The notes under the pieces were generated by a model. That model saw only the letters and a list, made by a program, of their open reading frames with translations, was not told where the DNA came from and searched no databases. A stretch of 63,756 nucleotides of DNA, filler included, from Octopus bimaculoides (Eukaryota): assembly GCF_001194135.2 (NCBI RefSeq). It is 6 parts of 6 records of this genome, joined end to end, with 100 filler letters (N's around TTAATTAATTAA, not from the genome) between each part and the next. Parts side by side here need not be neighbours in the genome. Positions count along the whole stretch, not along the records: positions 1 to 18,950 come from NC_068984.1; 5 more parts are not named here. One strand, given 5' to 3'. Position numbers and translations under genes: made by a program. Numbering within the stretch: position 1 is the first letter of the stretch; the number at the start of each line of letters is the position of its first letter. Positions 1 through 13,357 of this stretch are shown here, piece by piece.

Positions 1-178
1 TATCGCTGTGAAAACATCCATTCATGATTCTTTTTTTTTTCTTTTTTCTTAAATACATGTTTTACCTGTGAATTTGCGTGTGTAAATTGGGAATGCATAC
101 AACGTTTCTCTGCCCTAGGTGTACGGAAAACACTCGGCGAGAAATGGGAAAAAAATTGAAGAAAGAAGAAAAAAGAAC

Positions 179-179
<1 letters not shown>

Positions 180-240
<61 letters not shown>
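180..240 (+). repeat. (AAT)n microsatellite
   Basis: Uninterrupted AAT array read directly; it explains the poly-Y and poly-I ORFs at 62-373. Confidence 0.97.
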
Positions 241-242
<2 letters not shown>

Positions 243-1044
243 TAATATCTTTCCATTTCAATACTTTAATCTATTTCAAGTTACTTCCAAGAATCTTCAT
301 AAGTTATATTATAAAATTATTTTCGATCTTACCTTATTTTATTCAATATACGTTTTTCCATTTCTTCGCTTGAAATAAATAGAAAATGCATATCTTTTTT
401 ATGGGTACATTTTGTATCTGATACATTTTAATGGAACTGATTTGCCAAGCGCTTTATGTAGTATGAAGCTGTTCCTGATCTTGTATAATTTATTGGATGT
501 AATTGCTGAAAGTTCACGTTTTCACTTGAAGTTCGCCTTGCTTGTTACTGAAAGACTCCCTTTGTGTTAATGAACCGTTTATTTCTTAATTAATTAATCA
601 TTTGTTCTAATTAAAGTCCGCCAGGTCTTCTTTTTCAAACATGTGATAGAAAGCTAAATGATGGATCATTCCCAAGGCATTGTGTAACCTCGCTGATAGT
701 TAATTTATTAATCGAGACTCACAAAGTAAATTTTGATGTCACACAATCTCGAAGCTTAAGATCGACATGAAGTGATAAAGTGTGATAAATGATCGATGAA
801 TATTATCAAATAGGAACTGATAATAGTGTGAAACGGATCTTAATTTACAGTTGTACAGTTGATATAGTAGTAAATACATTGTACAAATGCCTGGTGGAAG
901 CTGAAACAAACCAGAAAGCATTTTCCAGCATAATACAGTTATCTATCTTATAATTACCTAACGATTATACAACTGGCACTAATCTAAATCTCACGCTTTG
1001 TTTAACAACACTAACGTGCTCAGGGTGTTCTTTTACTGGAGAAA

Positions 1045-1295
1045 TGAGTGCGCATGTCCTAGTGGTTATGAAATTGCGGTCACAATCGTGAGAGCATATT
1101 TTCAATTTCTGGACAAGGTGGCCCATTTTGTTATTGAGCAAAATACTTCATCTCACATTGCTCTGCGATCAGTTCGGACTCCTGCCGTGTGGTTTACCGT
1201 ACACCTGTTCAGGCAACATCGATTTGATAGAGGGAGTGAGCTAATGTGCAGCACAAACATTTTATCATTATTAACAAATCGTTTCTGTAGGTTGT
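1045..1295 (+). mobile_element. Degenerate tRNA-derived SINE, same family as 51945-52200
   Basis: Decayed tRNA-like head (gcgcatgtcctagtggtta...). The body aligns by eye to 52025-52195 (acttcatctcacattgctctg...cacctgttcaggcaacatcgatttgatagagggagtgag vs acttcatttcacgttgctctg...cacctgtacaggtaatgtcgatttgatgaagggagtgat). Confidence 0.6.
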
Positions 1296-1774
1296 TCAAT
1301 GAGAAATATCAGCATCATCTTTCTCTCACTACGAAAGACAACCATCACATCACTATATTCAAGCATTCAGAAATTAATTTCGGTTTCCCACTATCTTGTA
1401 TGCCATCAAAAGGTGTAAGGGTACAGACCTCTTTTGTCTGACAAAGCAGTAAAAAGAAATCAGTACAAAATTCATACAGATGAATATTTGGAAGGTCCAA
1501 GTGTTACAGCGATTAAACACGTTTGAATATTTTTACCTCTAAGGAAGCTACTTCATCTGAAAATTATATTCAACGGTAAAATAATGGGGAATATGAAAGA
1601 AGCATAAATTTTAAACCAGAATTGCAGTGCTGGCCAAGTAAAGCGCCAGCTTCAGCATTCGATCATTAAAAAAAATGGTGAAGAAAAGTTTAACTTGCTA
1701 TTTTCAGTTCAATTTTCGTACCTATCGTCACATATGATCATAACTGTACAGAAATGATCGATTTTGTACGATGA

Positions 1775-2195
1775 CGGATATTGATGACTAAAATGGGGTT
1801 CCTCTGAAGGACCTCACTGTGGAATAACATTACTCGCAAGGTGCGTAACTCGGAGACTAGGGCGTCTTCCCACTTCGAACCGCTACTTCTCTGCATTAAG
1901 AAATTATAATTCCGGTACAATGGTCATATAATTAGAATGTTGCAGAAAGAAATCTCAAGAAGGATGTTTCAAACCGATCCAACTGGCAGAAGATATAGAG
2001 GTAGATTAAGAAGGAGATGGTCTGTTTGGATAATATCCCTAGTATCAGTTGATCACTCTTGGGAATCAAGCCAGAAAGGATAATGGCGGTTGCACCTGAT
2101 CTGACATTACGCAAAAAATGTCTAAGGCCTCTACACCCACACCCATCTAAGAAATAGAGAGCGGAGAGGATAGATGGATGGATGGATGGTTGTAT
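1775..2195 (+). mobile_element. 3' fragment of an RTE-clade LINE with (GGAT)n tail
   Basis: Broken + strand translation FRYNGHIIRM...TDPTGRRYRGRLRRRW...LGIKPERIMAVAPD...LRPLHPHPS resembles the RTE ORF2 C-terminus (RW.GH..RM...RGRPR.RW), followed by a GGAT tandem tail. Confidence 0.7.
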
Positions 2196-3042
2196 GGATG
2201 GTGGGCAGTTGTGATGGATACAGAAATAAATTGAGAAAACTGATCCTTCTGAAGTAAACATTTTTCGGTCTCCTAGTGTTGGTACATTTCAATCAGTGGT
2301 AAGGTAAGGAAAAGGCATTAGTTTCATCATTCAAGTACGGTAGTAGTTGACTGATATCCTTAAGGCCGCCATTTGCTCACATGAAGCATATTTCAGAGCT
2401 TGTCGTTAATTATGTTTTTAATCAAATTGAAAGCTATTAACATTTTTAAAGAGGACCGGTCTCTAGTTACATTTTGGCATAAAAAGATTAAGATTTGATC
2501 CTGTAGAAAAATGTTTACAATAAATTTTGTAACAACGTTATAAGAGAGTAAGTAACGCTACCAATCAAGTTTAGATCTAAATAACTCTTTTTATTTTAAA
2601 AGCAAAATATATTCATCTTAGCTTCAATGATAGAAGAAAGCATGAACAATTTCATAGTTTTGTTCCCATGCAACAAAAATCTGTATCTAAAAAGTTGTGA
2701 GGTAAAATATCAAGAAAAAATATATAAGGCAAAAAATTGGATTTAAGTATATTTACCTTTTCTATTTTAAAACAAACTATATTTTAATTAAGCTTAAATG
2801 ATAAGAGTTTAGTTCAAGGAATTGCAATGAAGTTTTCAAAGAAAAAGGTTATAAGTGTTTGTTTCTCAAATTTGAGGGTGATAATGTAGTTCTCTACTTT
2901 TTTATGAACATAGTTCTATAAAGGGATTTTTAATATATCACTGGCGTCATTGAGGTAAGGAAAAAAATATCGACGACACCGTTAATTGACTCATTTGACA
3001 CATTATTAATTAGCATAATAGCATAGCCTGGAAAAAATGTGG

Positions 3043-3920
3043 ATTACATGGAAAAATGCGAGCAAGATAAATAATATTATCAAGATTATAAACCTGGAAA
3101 ATTACAGAACAAGTTATTACAGTGGAAAAAATTCAGGACAACTTATTACATCTGGTAAAGTACAGAACAAGAAAAGTTTTAATTAAAATATTGCAGCTAA
3201 GGATAAAATTTGAATATCAAAAATTATTTGATTTTGATTTACAAAATAACATTATAATTAAAAATGGCACCATCATTTTGTTAAAATATTGACACACTAG
3301 AATACTTAAAAAATGAAAGCCAGAAGTACAAATATAGCTAGAGTTTTATGCAAAGTAGAATAGTATATATGGTGGGCAAATTCATTACGTAAAAATAGGC
3401 ATTGGTTAAAGATAAAAAATGTGAAGACTTGGCAAAATCTCAACCAAATTTTACTGTGAATTTGTTGTTATAGGTAGATTTTACTGTGATATATAACTAA
3501 TTTTTGTATTATTCTATTTATTGAACTAACTAATTAAATACAACTATTATTTTTATAACCGATTTTCAAATTTCTGATTATTAATTAATAATTAAGAAAT
3601 GAACTTTTTAAAGTGCAAAAAATATTTTAAGTGAGTTATTTTTTTATTTTTGATAGAAGTAACAAGTAATAACAAACAGGAGTAATAACTTGTAATAAAA
3701 GTTTTAGCTTTAATAAAAGCTAATATTTTCTAAATCTAAATATTTTATTTGAAATTTTATCCTTACCTGCTATATTTTAAGTAAAAATTTTCTTGTTCTG
3801 TACTTTACCAGACATAATCAGTTATCCTGAACTTTTCCAAATGTAATAACTTATCCTTTAAATTTCCATGTTTATAATTTTAAGAATATTATTTCTCTTG
3901 CTCGCATTTTTTCATGTAAT
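3043..3920. mobile_element. Foldback/MITE-like element with ~200-bp imperfect inverted arms
   Basis: 3043-~3250 matches the reverse complement of ~3722-3920 (attacatggaaaaatgcgagcaag...tctggtaaagtacagaacaagaaaa). Confidence 0.7.
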
Positions 3921-4487
3921 TATTAATATTATCTTAATCATTTTGAAAACTTTTCGGAGTAGAGATGAGAGAATTCGTACGTAAACGTATAACAATGAAT
4001 ATGAGTAGGAGTGAATATTACAGTATTTTGAATTATGAAGACTCCATTTTGCATACAAAACAATAGCTGGCTTAGAGGGAAAATTAGGATATTACCAGTA
4101 ATGAGGCTCCTGTGAAAATCAAAACTTATCCAAATAATATATGATAAATATATTACAACACCTACATTTGTACATCATTTTTTGCGATTTCATATCTTAC
4201 CAATGTAATTTTACACACTCCTACGTTCGGTGTCAGATATAATGAGGAGGCAGTTCGTCAACAGGGCATGTTATTCTCTACCGTCGGATCTCTAATTTCT
4301 GTATACTTATAGGTTTTGATGTTGGTAACAGCGAAGGCCAACAAGATGAATTCCATCAAAGTGTAACTGTTGCTGCTTCTCATGCTCTTATCTTTGATGG
4401 GTTGCATTCCATACAGTGCCTGCAAGTAAAAGGACTATTGCTGCTGCAGTAATTTGCCTATGTGATTTTAATATTTGTTTGAATTAA

Positions 4488-4532
4488 GGCGGCCTGCTGG
4501 GAGAATCGTTAGCATTCCGGGAAACATTCTAT
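4488..4532 (+). mobile_element. Isolated 5' head of the CORE-type SINE
   Basis: ggcggcctgctgggagaatcgttagcattccggg resembles the SINE head at 57000-57030. Confidence 0.4.
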
Positions 4533-7446
4533 TGTTGTATTCTGTGTACAACGGGACAAAAGGGGAACTGCATTTTCCTGTTCTTCGTACTGCATTGTGG
4601 TTTGCTATAGAAATATAGAAGCTCAGAGCATAACAGATGATGGAACTGAATATCAAATTTTCGTAATCGGGGTTTGTTATTTATAATGAACTCTGGTCTA
4701 TCATACAATTTAATGAACAGTTATCCACCGTAGAGTAATAAGTGTATAAATGTTTACACTATAACATAAATATTTACACTACACAAACAAAAAAGGATAC
4801 ATCTCAAATATTTCTGTTGTTAAGTATCATTTCTAAAAACGTCGAAACTCTTTTATCGTTTCCTTTGGAACGGAAGCTCTATATTTCACAAATTCAAGTG
4901 AGGTTTCAGACTCATATATTTCCCAAGTGCATTGTCAATACAATGTAAGTGAAATTACTTTAATCTAAATTCAAAACAATGTCATTCTTACGCCTTGAAC
5001 TTGTCATTAATTTCTAGAAAGTACTTATCCAGAAAGTATCTCTCGTTTAATGATTTTCGCGAGTACACAAGAAACTATTCCATTCCATTTTCATCTATAA
5101 CCTTACGAACTTATTAAGTTCTTCTTTCCTATAACAATTAAGCCTGTAATGTAATCACATTTTCCATAGCATTGCTCTTCATCACATCGTGAATACACTA
5201 AGAAAATGTATTTATCATTTGGCAATAAATTTCATATCTTATTCAAAATCATGATAATCTTCAATTAAAGACTGTCATTAACTAATCTTGTATATCTAAT
5301 AGCGTTTCTCATATGCTTAGTCTAGCTTTTAAATTGCTTTTGGATATATCGTTCTTCATAAATAAGAAGAGTTATTTTTCTTTAAGAAAATATTTTACAT
5401 TCTTTGTTTTTTCGTTACAATTTCTTTCGTTGTAGCTTCTAATATTTTTATTCCGAGATCTATTTTCATAATAAAATTATTGTCGAGATAATCTATTTCA
5501 CACACTTTTTCTCTATGAATTGTTAAAATGTTATTCATAACAAAATTATATTACTTGAGTTTTATAATTTGTTCGATGCAGCTACAAAATAACAGTTTAT
5601 CTGGTTGTGAATGATACTAAAGATGTGGAACGGAACTAAGAACAAACAATATGATAGGGTGAAGAGAAGAAAACATTTTCTCCTCGAGAATTTCAAATTA
5701 TAGGGTTTTTAAAAAGTTATCAAGTGAGACCGGGAAAAACTCATAAAATAAAGTTTTAATTTGACGATGTTTTCCTGAATGATAATTATTAATATATCCA
5801 ATCAATAGCTGTATAATTATAAGTACAGCAATTGATTGTTCAATTAATTTTCGTCATGAATTGTATCATTCTTCAGACCAGTTTTCATAGTTATCATTTC
5901 ATTTTTAATTATAAGCTTAGTTTTATTCCATGGTTATTAAAACACATCAAATATAAATTATATTGCTTATAAATCATTATTTCTTTTGAAATAATGGTTA
6001 GATATTTTTCAATAATTTCTGTGTGGCGAAAATCGATTAATTTGGCTTAATTTTAAATCATTTTTAAAATGTAAGAACAAAATAAAACTGATCATATATG
6101 TAGAAAAAATAGCCTATTTTCTGAAGGAATATTAAGTGAAACTCGCTGGTATTATAAAAACCCTGAAAGCAAGAAGTCCATGCCTCGTCATGATTGTTGT
6201 TTTTTATTACCGTTGTTTAACTACAGGCCACTGCTGATGGAGGAAACCTCTGCTCAAAAGCTTTCCAGTCATAAAGGTTTGGTTTTGTTTTCAAATAGAA
6301 TGTAACAAACACTGCAGCAGACTTAGCTTCTTTTTCTACCAGATTGCGCAACTACATGGGACTCTCTAGTTCACGTTAAGCCATATTTGAATTTTTTCTA
6401 TTTGAGTACTGTTGAAGAGTAACGGTTCCCCTAATAACTGAGGACACGTAATGTCTGATAATTGGTAGGAAGTACACATAGTATTGGTACAATAAGCAAA
6501 GACGCAATAGTGTTTAGATGCAGTAATAATGACCAATCAAGTTATGAAGTTGGTATGGAATGAAAAAAAGATAGTTCATAACAAGTAACACACTTTAAAT
6601 TGAAATATTCATTACATATCTTATCCCTTTTAGAATAGTTTCATATACTCTTTTATTCTTTTACTGTTCTTAGTATTTGGACTGATGCCATACTAGCACA
6701 CAGCCTTTAAGCGTTTTAGTCACTCATACTTGCTAAATCTAATTTCATAAAACTCAAATACAACTTTTGTGATGGAAATAACACACTTAATTAACTATGA
6801 AATCGCATTTAACTGGAGGGTATGTTGAAGATAATGAGAACATCCACATCCTCCTAACTAAAACACGGGAAAGGAAAAGAAAATTAGATAGATTGAGTTC
6901 AAATGCGTCAAGTCTTACAAAAAAAAAAGTATTTACCTTCGTTAAGAAATCATGACGAAGTGCTAAAACCCAGCTTGAGATCTCCAGCAAGATCACACCT
7001 AACTGCTTGAAATAGTAACCAGAGATCCCTTAAGTCAGCTTAAGTCATGTGAGATATACCGATACCTTTAGAGTACAAGTGACCACAGGTGTGCCCAGAG
7101 TTAAACAGCAAAAACAAAAACAGCTGAAAATAAGAATGCCACATGAAAAATGTAGGATTTCTCCATTAAAGTAAATATGAATGAAGAGGATTTTCAAGAA
7201 GCGCGTCAAATTTTAATTTGCGGTTATAAACCATTTATAAAACTTACTTAAAATAGACGTTATTTCATAATTAAACTATTTACATGAAAACATGCAATGA
7301 TATACTTAATTTTTAACATCAGCAGAAAGATATAATAAGTATCGAAGACTTAAGAGAGTTCAAGAAACTGTTATAAAAAAAAAAGCATTTGAAGGTTACA
7401 TTTGGGGTTTCACTCGCAATCTGTTGATGTATACATATCTTTCTTT

Positions 7447-7483
7447 CTTTTTCTTTCTTTCTTTCTCTATCTATCTATCTATA

Positions 7484-7542
<59 letters not shown>
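7447..7542 (+). repeat. (ATCT)n microsatellite running into a gap
   Basis: Read directly. Confidence 0.95.
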
Positions 7543-7969
7543 NNNNNNNNNNNNNNNNNNNNNNNNNNNNNNNNNNNNNNNNNNNNNNNNNNNNNNNNNN
7601 NNNNNNNNNNNNNNNNNNNNNNNNNNNNNNNNNNNNNNNNNNNNNNNNNNNNNNNNNNNNNNNNNNNNNNNNNNNNNNNNNNNNNNNNNNNNNNNNNNNN
7701 NNNNNNNNNNNNNNNNNNNNNNNNNNNNATTAACAGTTACCAGGGCAGCAAAAGATCACACAAGTAATAAGCACGTAACACCCTGTTTGTAAAGGTAGAA
7801 ACTCTGGGTTGATGAGAAATGTTTTGTATAATATATATAAATAAATAAATGGAGTTCAACGCAGGTGTTATTCAAATTCTTTTACTTCCGACATATGTTG
7901 CGAAGACAACATTGGTATTATTCAAAAGGAATAAAATGTTGTAAAACAATGTAATCTTCTCTTCAGGGA

Positions 7970-8009
<40 letters not shown>

Positions 8010-8059
8010 AATCAACTCATCAATAAGTCATTTTAACAGAATGTGATGGATGTGTATAA

Positions 8060-8300
8060 TGATGAACGGAACAGGGATGTGCAAACCATTCCACGAATCG
8101 AGCGATTGTCTTAGATACATAAATATAAAGTACAACCATCCACCATCCATAAACAAAGAAATAGTTAGGTACACACCCACCGGAATATCACGCCCATCAA
8201 CCACCGAGATAATATTCAACATACGCGCACCTTACTACAATGAAGTACTAGCTAGGGCCGGATATAAGGAAAAGATCAAGTTCACACTTAAAGTAGCAAA
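8060..8300 (+). mobile_element. Penelope-like element RT thumb fragment
   Basis: ORF 8050-8352 contains KPFHESSDCLRYINIKYNHPPSINKEI...IFNIRAPYYNEVLARAGYKEKIKF, matching the PLE motif Y....SNHPP.I...F...APYY..AL...GY. Confidence 0.75.
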
Positions 8301-8556
8301 CACACACAACAAACACATAACAATAAAAACCCCAAAACCTAAGGCACAATAGAAAGTCAGGCACAATAGACAAAAATAAACAGAACCCCAAAGAATAACA
8401 ATAATAGTAAAAACGATGCACAAAATAAGCTATAAGTTAAATAAATTGCTTTCCTATGTTGCCGTTAATTCCCTGCGCCTTCAGCTTGGGGAACGCAGGG
8501 TATCTCAGTTAATATANNNNNNNNNNNNNNNNNNNNNNNNNNNNNNNNNNNNNNAT

Positions 8557-8945
8557 AGGCACTTGTGTCGCTGTGTGGCAAGTAGCTTGATTTCCAACCA
8601 CATGATTCCGGGTTCAGTCCCACTGTGTGGAAACTTGGGCAAAGTGTCTTCTACTAGACGTTCGGGTCAACCAAAGTGGATTTGGTAGACAGAAACTGAA
8701 AGAAGCCCGTCGTATATATATATATGTATATATTTGTGTGTCTATGTTTGTCCCCTCACCATCGCTTAATAACTGATGTTGGTATGTTTATGTCCCCGTA
8801 ATTTAGCGTTTCGGCAAAAGACACTGACAGAATAAGTACTAGGGTTATGAAGAATAAATCCTGGGTTCGATTTGTCCGACTAAAGCTGGCGCTCCAGAAT
8901 GTCCGCAATCAAATGACTGAAGCAAGTAAAAGAATAAAAGAATAA
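8557..8945 (+). mobile_element. Near full-length tRNA-derived SINE (octopus OR-like family) with internal (TA)n/(TG)n
   Basis: A/B-box-like head (gctgtgtgg...ccgggttcagtccc), central TA tract, and 3' end gcaagtaaaagaataaaagaataaaag. Further copies at 27533, 30425, 45310, 53325, 54525 and 60650. Confidence 0.85.
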
Positions 8946-9711
8946 AAGTATACATACATATAAATATGCATACAAAAACAAACACACTTACTCACACACG
9001 CACGTATATAGTTAGCAACGAGAGAAGAGAGGGAGAAAGAGAAGGAGAGGATGATAGAGAGAGAAAGAGAGGGAGAGGAAGAAAAAGAGAGAGAGAGAGA
9101 GGGGGAGAGGAATAAAGAGAGAGAAAGGAGAGGGTAAGAGTGAGAGTATAGTGCAATTTTGTATGGTGTAAACAACAACTTCATGCCCTTTGGGTAATTT
9201 CTTGATTATTTATTCCTTTCAAGTTGCCAGCTCATCTAAAGTCATGATCTGATCTTATGATTTCTGTTGTCATATCCAGCTGCGCTGAATATGTTCATTC
9301 TTTGAATTGCTAAGCTAAACCACTCTGCTCTTGTATCTCATTTCTATGGCAATAACAAGTGTCGTGGGTTCTTGACGCACGTACACCCCAGCTGACGTTT
9401 GTATACACACATGCATACACATACACATGTACGTATATTCAATGTGTCCATTTTGAACCCTATATAAGACTATTTTTTTACTGCATAAACTTTTTAATAT
9501 ATTCTACAAATGTTATATTTCGATATATATATATATATATATATATAAAGTAGTTGTATACTGCCAACTTAACGTGACAGTCCCAATAAGGGAATATACT
9601 ACTGCTATTTAGCCCTAGGACGCTGGACCGCTTCCTGTTGGCCTTGACACATTGCCTGTGTCCTTATCTTTGCGAGGGGGAGACAAACTCCTCCAACCAG
9701 CCTAGCCTGCA

Positions 9712-9754
9712 TTCAGGGACATGTTTCTGAGTCTTTGCTCGTTATCAGCCTGAA
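9712..9754 (-). ncRNA. Minimal type I hammerhead ribozyme motif, core-mutated copy (CUGAUAA)
   Basis: Reverse complement of the 9955-9997 motif with G8 changed to A. Confidence 0.45.
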
Positions 9755-9954
9755 GTAGCACGACTAGCTGTTTGAAAAAGCCTGTTTACCTCGCGCAGTA
9801 TACAACTACTTTATCGCATCACTACTGCTTAAGTCTCTCTGAGATATTTAGAAAGGTATTATTTCTAATTTTTGTAACCAGTGAATGTATTTCACTGAAA
9901 TAGTATATCTTTGCGAGAGGTAAAAAGAATTTTTCAAACAGCTAGTCGTGCTAC

Positions 9955-9997
9955 TTCAGGCTGATGACGAGCAAAGACTCAGAAACATGTCCCTGAA
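9955..9997 (+). ncRNA. Minimal type I hammerhead ribozyme motif
   Basis: TTCAGG-CTGATGA-c-GAG-caaaga-CTC-a-GAAA-CATGT-C-CCTGAA. It has a 6-bp stem I (TTCAGG/CCTGAA), an intact CUGAUGA and GAAA core, a 3-bp stem II, a palindromic ACAUGU stem III and a GUC triplet. Non-canonical C.A apposition at the base of stem II. Confidence 0.6.
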
Positions 9998-12900
9998 TGC
10001 AGGCTAGGCTGGTTGGAGGAGTTTGTCTCCCCCTCGCAAAGTAAAAAAAAAACGGATCCGATCATTGAGATGCATTACAAATACTTAATATCTATGAAAA
10101 AGGAAACAAAAATCCTCGATACTGAGCCATTCCGTGGAAGAAAATTATAGGAAACGTTTTAAACAACAGAGAAATCATGATACGGACCTCCAAAGTTAAA
10201 TTCCCTCTTGAGTGCATAACAGTTTAGTAACTAAAATTATTGTAGATGGCAACCACAAGAAGTCCTAAAGAAAAGAAATAAAAAAAATAGAAAAGAAAAG
10301 GAAAGGTATTTTGTAAATGTTTGTAGGTTATTGAGATTCTCAGTTGATATTGATTATAGCATGAAAATACGTTTCAGTAATGTAGAAAAACTTTTGGAAG
10401 AGTACCATGTGCGGGATAAAATAGATTCCTCTGATGGTTTTTAGAGTTTACCAGAAATTGCTGTGCAGAATTCACAAAACCAAATATTCTAACCTCCTTT
10501 TTCATTCTAATTTCACCCAAGCACATCGAAAGTAGTGGCAGAAATAATTTTTTACGTTCATAAAGACTTAAGGAGAAACATTTTATAAATGTGCATGAAT
10601 TTATTCAATTAAAAGGAGAAGATGTAGTTAACAAGCAAGTAATTTTTGGTAGTTTAACAGTTTAAAAGAAGAAATGCTATTAAAATTAATTCTGCAGTCA
10701 TGGATAGTCATAATGTTCATAAGAAGATTTAAGCATATAATTATATTTGTAAACTAAGGTAATAGCTGTCTCAAGAAATTGCTAAACATTATATAATAGT
10801 TGTACTTTTTTTCCATTGCTGATCGGTTACCTTTGTTTCATTCTCTTGCAGCTCAGACTTTCGTTAGCAAAGCTTAAATATGAAAATAGTAGTAAAATCT
10901 TAATCTCAGGCTTGGAGTGTCCAAGCAGAGACTTTGAAGCCAGTTCAAGAATACGTTGAAATCATGGTTTAGTTTTTGCAAAATATGTTTGATATTTAAA
11001 AGACGATTCAAGACAAATCTTGACAATTGATTAAGTTCTACTTGGATATGGAATAAAATTCAGATACGGATTTACCATACTTGTAATATAGTGATGATTT
11101 TAAGCAGTCAAAATCACTAATTAGTGTGTCACTTAAAACTGTAATGAATGAGATGTCGGTGAAAAATCCAAAATTATACGATTGTCAGCAAAAGAAGAAA
11201 TTAAAACAAATGGTAAAAAATTGGTGATCGTGTACATGGTAGAAGTATCTCTCCGTCACCAAGACTTCAATAATATTAAAATTTCTTTTAGATAATTTCC
11301 GTTTGACTCAAATCAAATCGCAGCAACCTTAACCTAATAAGTCTAACGAAAAGTTAACTCAAATCTGACAAAAATAATATAGATGATTGGAAATGTAAGA
11401 AGAAACCTTGCCAGTAACCTACATCTGAAACGTCAGATATCTTAAAACCGAGAAGTTCCAGAAATATATTATCTATAGAGAAGAAATTGTTTTATCAAAT
11501 TTAAGTGAAGCTATTCTGATAATGCTCACTATTTCAATTTTGATTGCTTGCTGTAAGCAAGATGGAATTGATTTTATTAGATTTGAAAGATTCAATCAGC
11601 TAAGAAAGAATACAAAACTGAATATTAGTTTTATTACTTCCAGTGAGAGGTATGAGTGTTACAATGTTATTCAGTCACAAGTGGAATGAGCATTGGCTTT
11701 ATGCATACCATGTATTGTTTTGCACTATGCGCGATGAAGTCTAGTTTTGCTCTTGGCACTTATATAACATACTTTAACTCTAAATTCTTCCCTTTTTACA
11801 AATGAACGTTAGGCACAAAAAATTGTTTACTTAGAAATAGGAAAATCAGGTATTCTTTGGTGAAAAATAATAAACAGAAAAAGTGAAGTAGCTACGTTCC
11901 CTAAAGAATAAACAAGCTTAAGAGTTCCAAATTTCTACAAATCCATTTCCAACACTCTTTTAAATCGGCTTTCATTCATTGATTCTTCTTGATGAGAACA
12001 ACTAGCGCTTTATTATTTCGTACCTCGAATATTATGGAACTATTTCTCTCTGTAGGCCATCGTTATATCTTATACGATATAAAACCCCATGAAATTTACG
12101 TTGTGATGCTGTGCTTCACTCCCTTATAAGTTGTATTTTTTCCTATATTTCGAAATTCAAAGTTATATTATATATTGCGTCTATGAAAGATATGTGTTCA
12201 TAATATAAAAAAGAAACATGAAACTTTCATTTTGATGCACTGGCGGATTGATCTACATCTATTTCTAAGTAGTTCATGTTGATTAATAAATTAGAGTTTC
12301 CAAAACATTATATCACAAAAACCACTCGATCTTGTAGCTTTCGGCGTATTTCATTCCTGCCTTCTGACCTACACAACTTCAATTTCAATAAGGTCAATGC
12401 TTGATTCATGTTTAACTTTTTTAAAGAAATAAGCATATACGCTCATGCACACACACACTCATACACACACGCGCAAGCACGCACACGCACGCACACGCAC
12501 ACACACAGACACACACACACATACATACACACACATGCACACACATGTGTGTACATATGAGATTTTGCAGAAGTGGTTTCAGAGTCAATATTTAATACAC
12601 ATCAATCTGTAACATCAGTAATGATACCAATATTTAAATTACATATTGCCATGCTAATAACTAATTAATTTAATGGTGTAACTAACTAAATATCATTGTT
12701 CATTTGAGTAACCAAAGTGATATGGTAATCTACAAAGTTATACCAATAAATAGCAATATATGTTTGCATTGTTCAACATTAGAAATTGGAAAATTTGAAA
12801 ACAGAGGGAAAAAAATTAAAATTCATATATGATAAAATACAAATATTTTAAATTTAACAAACGATATATACAATGCTTTCTAGCTCAAACCAAATAAAAC

Positions 12901-13357
12901 AAAATATGCCTTAAATTAAGCTGTTAAGAATTCATTTTCGTTATGAAACATAGATTTCAGGGAACTAAAAGCACTGAATTATCAAATACTTTGGAATCAG
13001 ATTTATGCGATATATAATTGCAGCGGTGAATGGTGATTCAAAATCGACTTTCTTTATTTGATTTTGCAGCATGATTTGATGGAAAAGTAAATTTTACAAT
13101 TGAAATGCTAAAATCAAGATATACATAGCATATAAAGATTTTCTTCATGTGATTACTTTTCATTAAAACTACCCAATTTATTATTCTCAGGAAGAACGCC
13201 TATCAAAAGATGATATATCTAAATAAAGCATTGAAATAATTCTTGCAGTATATAGGCACACAGTTCCCAAGTATTTCTTACATGGAACCAATGTTAGCCT
13301 GCATATACAGTGTGTTACACTCATTATATATTAAAAAATTTCCATCTATATCTAAAT

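Larger units (their letters stand above)
9545..10041. mobile_element. Penelope-like terminal-repeat cassette in inverted configuration
   Basis: Arms 9668-9779 and 9930-10041 are reverse complements with 1 mismatch in 112 bp. A second, perfect 20-bp inverted pair lies at 9545-9564 / 9795-9814. The cassette abuts a (TA)n tract and each long arm carries a hammerhead motif. Confidence 0.75.

Noticed and set aside
998-1441. 147-aa ORF as a possible gene or first exon
   Set aside because: It overlaps a decayed SINE that aligns to 51945-52200 and has no protein motifs.
4313-4450. Hydrophobic LLLLMLLSLMG stretch resembling a signal peptide, or an alternative-frame exon GFDVGNSEG...
   Set aside because: An in-frame TAA separates it from the upstream ATG, donors are weak or in the wrong phase for the TMEM132 exon, and there is no recognisable homology.
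11378-11445. gaaacgtc-agatat with an upstream atgta/tacat stem, resembling a decayed hammerhead
   Set aside because: No CUGANGA in the right place; only a short ATCTGA/TCAGAT hairpin is certain.
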